NCBI GenBank assembly: GCA_016188385.1
Contig: JACPHV010000030.1
Span: forward strand, 1-46,608
Reading direction: 5' to 3'
DNA: 46,608 nucleotides
DNA from: Candidatus Uhrbacteria bacterium
GTDB taxonomy: Bacteria; Patescibacteriota; Patescibacteriia; JACQRZ01
Positions within the stretch are counted from its first letter, which is position 1. Each line of letters starts with the position of its first letter. Shown piece after piece: positions 21,130 to 28,473 of the stretch. Made by a program: the position numbers and the translations under genes. A model generated the notes under the pieces. That model did not search any database. It was not told where the DNA came from and saw only the letters and a program-made list of their open reading frames with translations.

Positions 21130-21954
21130 CTATGAAACTCCCGAACGCAGCTCTAATCCAAACAATCTTTGAGCATTTAGGGTTGTCTGTTTGGCGACGT
21201 GCTCAACTGTCATCCCTTTCAAACACGCTATCCTTTCCGCCACGTATTTGACATAGAGCGGCGAATTTCGTTTTCCTCGGAAAGGAACAGGCGATAAAAA
21301 TGGCGAATCCGTCTCTATGAGTATCTTTTCTAAAGGCGTAGCCATGACAACGTCATCATAGTGCCGCGCGAAGGTAATGATTCCGGTAAATGAAATCAAG
21401 AAACCCAAATCAAGATAACTCCGCGCTTGCTCAACAGTACCGGTAAAACAATGCATGACGCCTTGTTCACGCCGCTGCTCTAACGGCAGTATGCCGCCGC
21501 GCGTGAAATACGCGATGAGCATCTGAAGCATGTCATCATGCGCGTCTCGGCAATGGATGATGAGCGGCAACGACAGCTCGGAGGAAAGATTGAGGTGAGC
21601 TTCAAATAACGCTTTCTGACGAACCTTCTGCGCGTCGTCAGTCGCGTCATGCGCCAAGTGAAAATAATCAAGTCCGCATTCACCGATTGCAACCACGCGT
21701 TCTGACTGTTTGGCTAACGCCTTGAATTCCTCGGGATGAAACGGGACTGCCGTATCCGTCGGATGCTGCCCAATCGCCGCCCACACGGGATAGGCATGGT
21801 ATGCGCGCGCAAGGTCTACCGCTTGCAAGCTGCTTTCATACTCGCACCCTACAAGGATCATCCCGACATGTTCGCTCACACATTGCTTAATGAGTTTTTC
21901 CCTGTCTTCTTGATAGTGCCCGAATTGTATATGTGTATGAGTGTCAATCAGCAT
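21130..21954 (-). CDS. tatD: TatD family hydrolase/DNase
   Basis: DTHTH, IGECGLDY, HCRDA, MHCFTG, ETDSPFL. Confidence 0.95.
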   Translation of the reverse strand: MLIDTHTHIQFGHYQEDREKLIKQCVSEHVGMILVGCEYESSLQAVDLARAYHAYPVWAAIGQHPTDTAVPFHPEEFKALAKQSERVVAIGECGLDYFHLAHDATDDAQKVRQKALFEAHLNLSSELSLPLIIHCRDAHDDMLQMLIAYFTRGGILPLEQRREQGVMHCFTGTVEQARSYLDLGFLISFTGIITFARHYDDVVMATPLEKILIETDSPFLSPVPFRGKRNSPLYVKYVAERIACLKGMTVEHVAKQTTLNAQRLFGLELRSGVS

Positions 21955-21963
21955 ACCGGCGTA

Positions 21964-22740
21964 TCACTCGTTCTTAGTATTTCCTTCTTGTTCCTTGGGG
22001 ACGAATTTCTGCTGGGTCGCATCGAAGATATTTTTTGTTTCAGTGACAGCGTCATTGAAAATCTTTGGAGCGAGCGATGGAATCTTTTCTAACCCTTTCG
22101 TTTCAATATTGTACTCTTGCAATTTTTTTTCCAAAAATTCCGAATTCAACTGCCGTACATCTTTCGCTCCGGATTGGATACGTTCAAGTTGCCGTTCAAA
22201 TTCATCAATATCAAGCGGTTGGGGCCCTTGTGGCGCGATAGATGAAAAATCCGGCAACAACGGTTTGAGGATAACCGCCACTCGGACGAGCGAAGGCGCG
22301 AGCCGTGACTGCGTGACGGTATCGCGGATTTGATCAATCGGGATAATGGATACGATATAGAGAATTGCAGCGGATAAAAGCACGCCTTCGACAAATCCGA
22401 TTGCCGCTCCCGCGAATCGGTTGGTCGCTTTCAAAAAAGGAATGAATTTAAACACATTGACGAGCGAATCAAGAATTCGCACGATAATATGAAAAACAAA
22501 TCCGACGGCAAAATATACGAGGAAAAATCCCAAAACAGCCGCGAGCGGCTCCGCGATAAACGGCCACTCTTCCAGTGAAGGACGGATATAATAGGCAACC
22601 TCGTCGTAATATCGACGGGCTAATACCAACGAAACGATAAAGCCGATTACAAAACCTACCTGACGCACTAAGCCTCTGGTAAATCCAATAACGACAAACG
22701 CCCCCAAGATTACCAGGATTGCGACATCGAGGAAATGCAT
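21964..22740 (-). CDS. CvpA (colicin V production) family membrane protein with a C-terminal extension
   Basis: LDVAIL...GFTRGLVRQ; NRFAGAAIGFVEG. Confidence 0.85.
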   Translation of the reverse strand: MHFLDVAILVILGAFVVIGFTRGLVRQVGFVIGFIVSLVLARRYYDEVAYYIRPSLEEWPFIAEPLAAVLGFFLVYFAVGFVFHIIVRILDSLVNVFKFIPFLKATNRFAGAAIGFVEGVLLSAAILYIVSIIPIDQIRDTVTQSRLAPSLVRVAVILKPLLPDFSSIAPQGPQPLDIDEFERQLERIQSGAKDVRQLNSEFLEKKLQEYNIETKGLEKIPSLAPKIFNDAVTETKNIFDATQQKFVPKEQEGNTKNE

Positions 22741-22743
22741 ATG

Positions 22744-24264
22744 TCAGGCTTTAGGAATTAAGGGCGGGAAAAGATTGTCTTTTTTATTGATTGAGATGAT
22801 GGGTTCCGCGCGCCACGCAAGCAAGGCGTTTCCTCTTTCTGGAATCCGGTCTCCATTCAAGCCGAGTTGGGTCCGTATTTCACCGGCAGTATGAGGCATA
22901 AATGGGTACAGATACAGCGATAACTGACGTAATAATTCTAGCAATATGCTTATTGTCTGTACAGCGCTTGCGGTGTCTTCTTTAAGAAGGATCCATGGCT
23001 TTGTCTGATCAATAAAACGATCCCCCCATGTGATACACTCAAAGATTGCCGTAAGGGATTCATGAAGCGCGGCATGATCAAAACCTTTTTCCCACGCGTA
23101 TCGTAGGTCAGCCGCGGCGGATGCCGCCTTTTTCTCGGCCGGTAGTTTTGCTGTACCACAGTGCATATCCGGACATTTTTGCGCGAGTGTCAAAACACGG
23201 CTGGTAAAGTTGCCCAATCCTTTTGCCAGCTCCGATTCATAGCGCTCACGCAACCTCGCTTCGGAAAAATCACCGTCGCCTCCAAATGGTATCTCGCGAA
23301 AGAGAAAATATCGCACGACATCAATACCATACTCTCCGCACAACTGCACAGGATCAATCGCGTTCCCCAGTGATTTGCCGACTTTCTGTCCTTCAATGGT
23401 AAAAAATCCATGGGCAAAAATATGCCGCGGCAGAGGCAAGTCGGCGGAAAGAAGCATTGCAGGCCATAACGCGCAGTGAAATTTTATGATATCTTTCCCT
23501 ACGATATGGACATCGGCCGGCCAATAGCGGATAAATTTTTCTTCGTCCCATCCGTATCCAATTCCGGTAAGATAGTTGATGAGCGCGTCAAACCAAACAT
23601 AAATCACCTGCGCCTCATCAATAGGCAGTCGTATCCCCCACTTTACTTTTTCTCTCGAGATGCTGATGTCGTCAAAATGATCCTTGATATAATTCACGAT
23701 CTCGTTTCGGCGCGCCAGGGGCTGCACAAAATCAGGATTCTTTTCTATATGAGCTAAGAGCGCATCCCGATATTTTGACGCGCGAAAAAAATAATTTTTT
23801 TCTTCGATAAGCTCCGGTCTATTTTTATGGTAGGGACATAAGCCTTGTATGAGATCTGTCTCGCGCAAAAACGCTTCGCATCCGGTGCAATAAAGCCCTT
23901 GATATGTTCCTTGATAGATGTCTCCTTTGTCGTACACCAACTGAAAAAATTTTTCTACTCCCTTCTTGTGCCTCTCTTCGGTCGTACGGATAAAATCATC
24001 GTTTGTGATCTCCAGCTCTTTCCATGTGGCTCGCCACGCTTCGCTTTGGAGATCAAGATAGCTCTGGATATCAGCAAATCCTTTTTCTCGCGCCGCTTCA
24101 ACATTTTTTGTGCTGTTTTCGTCCGTGCCGGTCAAGAAAAAAACATCATCCCCTTTAAGCCGATGATACCGCGCAAAAGCATCGGCGATAAATGTAGCAT
24201 ACGCATGTCCGATATGCGGTTTGTCATTGACATAATAAATTGGAGTCGTAATGTAATACTTCAT
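22744..24264 (-). CDS. metG: Methionyl-tRNA synthetase (short form, no C-terminal tRNA-binding domain)
   Basis: YITTPIYYVNDKPHIGH, YVWFDAL, GKDIIKFH; start at MKYYITT with AGGAGG RBS. Confidence 0.97.
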   Translation of the reverse strand: MKYYITTPIYYVNDKPHIGHAYATFIADAFARYHRLKGDDVFFLTGTDENSTKNVEAAREKGFADIQSYLDLQSEAWRATWKELEITNDDFIRTTEERHKKGVEKFFQLVYDKGDIYQGTYQGLYCTGCEAFLRETDLIQGLCPYHKNRPELIEEKNYFFRASKYRDALLAHIEKNPDFVQPLARRNEIVNYIKDHFDDISISREKVKWGIRLPIDEAQVIYVWFDALINYLTGIGYGWDEEKFIRYWPADVHIVGKDIIKFHCALWPAMLLSADLPLPRHIFAHGFFTIEGQKVGKSLGNAIDPVQLCGEYGIDVVRYFLFREIPFGGDGDFSEARLRERYESELAKGLGNFTSRVLTLAQKCPDMHCGTAKLPAEKKAASAAADLRYAWEKGFDHAALHESLTAIFECITWGDRFIDQTKPWILLKEDTASAVQTISILLELLRQLSLYLYPFMPHTAGEIRTQLGLNGDRIPERGNALLAWRAEPIISINKKDNLFPPLIPKA

Positions 24265-24311
24265 ATGAGACCTCCTGTATAATGAGACTGTAGCCAAATA
24301 ATGCCGAGAGG

Positions 24312-25277
24312 TCAACGAAGATAGGCCGATACCACTTCCCGCATGTGCGATGCGTTTTTTGTTTCCATTAACTTTGCTCGTATATGTTTCGCTCCGTCAA
24401 AACCTGATATGTATGCCTTATAATGCTTTTTCATGACATCGAACGGTTTGATGCCTGAAAATCTTTTTTCAAATAATTCCGTATGTTCGCTCATCACTCG
24501 AATGCGATCTGAAAGAGTCACCTGATCTCTCGCCTTCTTCGAAGCAAAAAACCATGGGTTGCCGAATACGCCGCGTCCGACCATGATTCCGTCCGCGCCG
24601 GTCTGTTCCGCCTTCGCGTATGCGTCTTCGAGGTCCGTGATGTCGCCGTTGCCGATGATGAGCGGGCGTTGATCGCTCGAATCAAACGCGCGCGCGATCT
24701 GTACCGCTTTGCTTACGACATCCCAGCGCGCCGGCACATCGGACATTTCCTTTCTTGTTCTCGCGTGAAGAGTGATTGCCGCCGGTCGAACTTCAAGAAG
24801 ATAGGGCAACCATTCGTCGATGGCCACGCGGTTGAATCCTATGCGAGTCTTTACCGATACCGGCAGACAGGGAGCGCCGCGCATTGTTGCTTGAACGATT
24901 TCCTGCGCTCGTTTCGGATCATTGATGAGCGCGGCGCCGCTTCCTTGCCGTTCCACATTACGATCGGGGCACCCCATGTTAATGTCGATTCCGTCAAACC
25001 CCATTTCGGCAAGCAGTTGGGCGCACGGATAAAAATGTCTCGGATCCGCCCCGAATATCTGGGCAACAATGGGCCGTTGCTTTTCCGTATACCACAAATC
25101 AGGGAGCAGATTCTCTTTGCCCGCTGAACAGAGGCCATGGCACGAAACAAACTCGGTCATCATCGCGCTTGGCTTGCCGTATGTCGCGATGATTTCACGA
25201 AATGCGACATCAGTGACGTTTGCCATGGGAGCAAGGACAAAGAACGGTTTGTTCAGCGTTTTCCAAAAATTATGCAT
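24312..25277 (-). CDS. tRNA-dihydrouridine synthase (Dus family)
   Basis: LAPMANVTD, DINMGCP, SVKTRIG, HARTR, GNGDI, MVGRG; start placed at MHNFW. Confidence 0.93.
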   Translation of the reverse strand: MHNFWKTLNKPFFVLAPMANVTDVAFREIIATYGKPSAMMTEFVSCHGLCSAGKENLLPDLWYTEKQRPIVAQIFGADPRHFYPCAQLLAEMGFDGIDINMGCPDRNVERQGSGAALINDPKRAQEIVQATMRGAPCLPVSVKTRIGFNRVAIDEWLPYLLEVRPAAITLHARTRKEMSDVPARWDVVSKAVQIARAFDSSDQRPLIIGNGDITDLEDAYAKAEQTGADGIMVGRGVFGNPWFFASKKARDQVTLSDRIRVMSEHTELFEKRFSGIKPFDVMKKHYKAYISGFDGAKHIRAKLMETKNASHMREVVSAYLR

Positions 25278-25290
25278 ATCAAGTTTCCTC

Positions 25291-26871
25291 TCAACGAACG
25301 GTAAGTCTTCTGCTTTTGCGTTGATACGCGATCGCAAATCGATGCGCTTCGTCGCGGATGGAGCGCACGAGCTGGAGAGCCGGAGATTTTGGTGAAAGCC
25401 GCAGCGGATTGCGAGAAGCAAGGGTATAGATTTCTTCGAATCGTTTTGCAAGCGAAATGACAGGGATGGAAACGCCAACTTCAGACAGCGCTTTGTTCGC
25501 GCTCGAAAGCTGTCCTTTCCCTCCATCGATTATCAAAAGATCAGGTGTTTTTTCTTTTCCTTCTTTCGCCCGAGCGGCAAATCGCCTGACCACTTCTTCA
25601 ACAGCCGCAAAATCATTGATGCCCGAAACTCCCTTGATTCGAAAACGCCGATATTCGCCTTTGTTTGGCTGGCTGTTCAGAAATTGTATCAGTGATCCAA
25701 CGGTATGCGTGCCGCTAAGCGTAGAGATATCAACGCAGGCAATCCGTGTAGGAAGACTTTTCAAACGCAGCGCGATTTGCAATTCATGAAGCTGGCCGGT
25801 GGAACCGCCGAGCGCGGATACGAGATTCTTTTTGACTAAATCAAGAAGTTTTTTCCTGATCCCCTTCCGGGGAACAATCAGGCGAACAGCATGGCCCGCG
25901 AGCTTAGCCAATGAATGTTCCAGCGTCCGGCGAGCGGAAGGAAACAGCGGAAGAATAATTTCACGCGGAACATCACAAGAACGGTAGTATTGGATAAGGA
26001 AATCAGAAAGCATGTCGGCAGGCTCGTCGCGCTGGATCGCGGCTCTGTCAAACGTGTATTCCTTACGTCCGGAGATGATGCCCCGATTGAAGTGAAATAT
26101 CTGCAAACGGATTTCATCTGTTTCAAATAATCCGTTAATCACATCTTGATCGTACAGCTTCGGACGAGAAACGGCTTGCTCCTCGAGTTTACGGAGCGCG
26201 AGCAGACGATCACGGTACACCGCCGCTTGTTCAAACTTCTCCGCAGCGGCAGCTTGCTTCATCTTGTGTTCTGAATCAGTGATCACGTCACGAAGATCAC
26301 CTCGAAGGAATTTTTCGGCCGCCTTTACGGTCGCGCGGTATTCATCGGCAGGAATGATTCCCGTGCACGAACCGGAACACGCTCCAAGATGATATCGGAA
26401 ACAAGGATGCTTTTTTTTTGATTTTTTCTTGCACAGGCGAAACAGACGAGTTGCGGCGGCAAGAGCGGCATTGCGAGCAGCCGCGGATGGATACGGCCCA
26501 ATGAATATTCCGCGCTTTTCCAATCTTCGCGCGATCCCGATACGAGGAAATTCTTCGTCTGTAATCGTAATGAACGCGTATCGGCCAGGGGTCTGCAGGT
26601 CAATGTTATATTTTGGATGGTATCGCTGTATAAGTTGCGCTTCAAGAATGAGGCTTTCCGCCTCGGTGTTGGTGAGTATGTATTCGACATCAGCAATTTC
26701 TTTTGTCAATTCATAGGTTTTGATATCACGCGCGCGCCAATACGATGACACGCGTTTTCGCAAATCTTTTGCTTTGCCGATGTAGATGACAATTCCTTCC
26801 GCGCTTTTCATCACATAACAACCTGTTTGATGCGGCAAACTTCGTATTTTTCTCTGTATATATGTATCCAT
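25291..26871 (-). CDS. uvrC: Excinuclease ABC subunit C, without the C-terminal HhH domain
   Basis: GIY-YIG (GCY...YIGKAK), Cys-rich region, UVR motif, RNase H-like DIS/IDGGKGQL, IRDEAHRFA. Confidence 0.95.
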   Translation of the reverse strand: MDTYIQRKIRSLPHQTGCYVMKSAEGIVIYIGKAKDLRKRVSSYWRARDIKTYELTKEIADVEYILTNTEAESLILEAQLIQRYHPKYNIDLQTPGRYAFITITDEEFPRIGIARRLEKRGIFIGPYPSAAARNAALAAATRLFRLCKKKSKKKHPCFRYHLGACSGSCTGIIPADEYRATVKAAEKFLRGDLRDVITDSEHKMKQAAAAEKFEQAAVYRDRLLALRKLEEQAVSRPKLYDQDVINGLFETDEIRLQIFHFNRGIISGRKEYTFDRAAIQRDEPADMLSDFLIQYYRSCDVPREIILPLFPSARRTLEHSLAKLAGHAVRLIVPRKGIRKKLLDLVKKNLVSALGGSTGQLHELQIALRLKSLPTRIACVDISTLSGTHTVGSLIQFLNSQPNKGEYRRFRIKGVSGINDFAAVEEVVRRFAARAKEGKEKTPDLLIIDGGKGQLSSANKALSEVGVSIPVISLAKRFEEIYTLASRNPLRLSPKSPALQLVRSIRDEAHRFAIAYQRKSRRLTVR

Positions 26872-27058
26872 GAGACTATAGAAAAATAGTTTTTCCCCAG
26901 AATCAAAAAATGATTCAGGCATTATTTGCTATCGCAATTATACGGAATATTCTTCAGAATACAAGCTTGTTCACAAGTTATCACCAGACTTTTACACATC
27001 TTACCCATGACAGGCAACATGCATCGTAGTATGATGCGATATTACGGAGGTGTACCCC

Positions 27059-27364
27059 ATGCAAACCACCGGGTATGTGCGGACTCGCGCCGCACAGCAA
27101 GAAACGACATACGTAGAAAAATCAGTGAAAGCGTGGCGCAGCTACGCGAAGAGCAGAGAGAACAGGGGCGGGTTTCGGGCCGTCATGATCGCGACCTTGG
27201 TGGTCTCGGGAATCATGACAAAAGGCGTAATCCTCGCATACCTCATCCCCGCTCTGCTCGCCGCTTGCGCCTGGCCTCACTGCAGGGCACCAATTCGTGT
27301 TGCAATCCTCTTAGGAGGGTTCGCAACAACCGTTGCATCCCTCTACAACTCATTCTCTGGTTAA
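27059..27364 (+). CDS. Small membrane protein (101 aa)
   Basis: GGAGGTG RBS before ATG 27059; about three hydrophobic segments. Confidence 0.6.
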   Translation: MQTTGYVRTRAAQQETTYVEKSVKAWRSYAKSRENRGGFRAVMIATLVVSGIMTKGVILAYLIPALLAACAWPHCRAPIRVAILLGGFATTVASLYNSFSG

Positions 27365-27391
27365 TTTCGGGTCCCCCCTCCCCGGCCGGTC

Positions 27392-27488
27392 GCCCGGCAG
27401 CCTTTCCGCAATCGAGCGGGACAAATGCCCTTCAAGGCACAATCCTCATCGCTCGACCTTCAGGAAGCTGCCGGGCTTCCTTTTTTTT
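27392..27488 (+). terminator. Extended 85-nt multi-stem hairpin with a T8 tract
   Basis: GCCCGGCAGC/GCTGCCGGGC, TTCC/GGAA, TCGAGCG/CGCTCGA, TGCC/GGCA, then TTCCTTTTTTTT. Confidence 0.6.
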
Positions 27489-27489
27489 C

Positions 27490-27518
27490 TTGCCATTCGT
27501 ATGCGAGTGGCGTACTAT
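27490..27518 (+). promoter_or_regulatory. Putative sigma70 promoter
   Basis: TTGCCA-17 bp-TACTAT directly upstream of a TAAGGAGG RBS. Confidence 0.55.
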
Positions 27519-27539
27519 ACTATTAAGGAGGATAAGATC

Positions 27540-27620
27540 ATGGAAAGCTTACAGCGCGTTATTTTGGGCTTTCTGGCCGTGCTCGCTTTCTTTTCTCTTT
27601 TCACAAATAGCGGGCATTAG
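27540..27620 (+). CDS. 26-aa single-TM peptide MESLQRVILGFLAVLAFFSLFTNSGH
   Basis: Near-perfect RBS TAAGGAGG and upstream promoter; one hydrophobic helix. Confidence 0.55.
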   Translation: MESLQRVILGFLAVLAFFSLFTNSGH

Positions 27621-27654
27621 GAACTCTGGGTCTTTTATAAAAGGAAGGTGCGTA

Positions 27655-27819
27655 ATGGGTAAGTATGGGGCATGCGACACGCGTGCGCACATTGCGATTT
27701 TTCTGGTTTCCTTTCTCACAGCTCTGGCTGCAACGATCGCCGTTCAATCGGGGATTCCTGTACGGATAGAGATCATGAGAAAGGGAAAACAATGGATAAG
27801 ACGAACTTATCGTCTGTAG
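27655..27819 (+). CDS. 54-aa single-TM peptide with a basic C-terminus
   Basis: AAAGGAAGGTG RBS; IAIFLVSFLTALAATIAV helix; RKGKQWIRRTYRL tail. Confidence 0.5.
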   Translation: MGKYGACDTRAHIAIFLVSFLTALAATIAVQSGIPVRIEIMRKGKQWIRRTYRL

Positions 27820-27896
27820 GGTGGCGAGATCTGATCGCAACGGTGATCGTGGGTCTTGTAGTGACATTCGTCATCGGATTCACTGCGGCGCTATAG
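27792..27896 (+). CDS. 34-aa single-TM peptide MDKTNLSSVGWRDLIATVIVGLVVTFVIGFTAAL
   Basis: AAAGGG RBS; C-terminal TM helix; its stop codon overlaps the next RBS. Confidence 0.5.
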   Translation: MDKTNLSSVGWRDLIATVIVGLVVTFVIGFTAAL

Positions 27897-27905
27897 GAGG
27901 TCGAC

Positions 27906-28265
27906 ATGTTGCAAGAAAAAACGAAGGACGCGAAAGAGTGGTTTGTGCTTGCCGTAATCGCGATCTGTCTCTCCATCACTGAGCTTGTTTCCACGAGCTT
28001 ACGCCGCACCATGCTACGGCTCATCATCGCGATGATCGCTCTTATCCCGATCTCTCTTACGTTCAACGAACTGATCGAGAGGCATCGGCAGGAGCTCTCG
28101 ATGGAGTCAATGCAGTTCGGCCAGGTCGATTTCGTGATTGCCGAGACGGCGCGGCTCGCGGAAGTTGCAACTCTCATCTTGATGATTCAATGGAGCGGAT
28201 ACAGTGTCGCCGCTCTAGCGGTAATCGGATGGATATGGTGGAGTTATCGATGCACACGTTCTTGA
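27906..28265 (+). CDS. Small multi-TM membrane protein (119 aa)
   Basis: AGGAGG RBS; 3-4 hydrophobic segments; followed by a terminator. Confidence 0.7.
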   Translation: MLQEKTKDAKEWFVLAVIAICLSITELVSTSLRRTMLRLIIAMIALIPISLTFNELIERHRQELSMESMQFGQVDFVIAETARLAEVATLILMIQWSGYSVAALAVIGWIWWSYRCTRS

Positions 28266-28267
28266 TC

Positions 28268-28299
28268 GGCTCGCATACCGTATGCGAGCCTGACTTTTT
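28268..28299 (+). terminator. Intrinsic terminator
   Basis: GGCTCGCATA-CCG-TATGCGAGCC (perfect 10-bp stem) followed by TGACTTTTT. Confidence 0.75.
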
Positions 28300-28473
28300 G
28301 CAGAAGTCTTTGTTATCAACTACCACTGATACGTTCGATGCGCTATACTTAACATTAGATCATGTCAGTGATTCGACCTTTTACAAACTAACGCTAACGC
28401 AACACGGTAATGCTATGACAAGCGGCATTCCCTATGTGGGGAAAAACCGCCTTTGTTGGAGGAGGACCTTATC

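Noticed and set aside
26967-26986. Two DnaA-box-like 9-mers (TTGTTCACA, TTATCACCA) as a possible oriC
   Set aside because: Both deviate from consensus, there are too few boxes, and no dnaA/dnaN is nearby.
26926-27819. 297-aa plus-strand ORF
   Set aside because: It runs through a strong hairpin/T8 terminator and a promoter and has low-quality composition. Only its last 54 codons, which have an RBS, look real.
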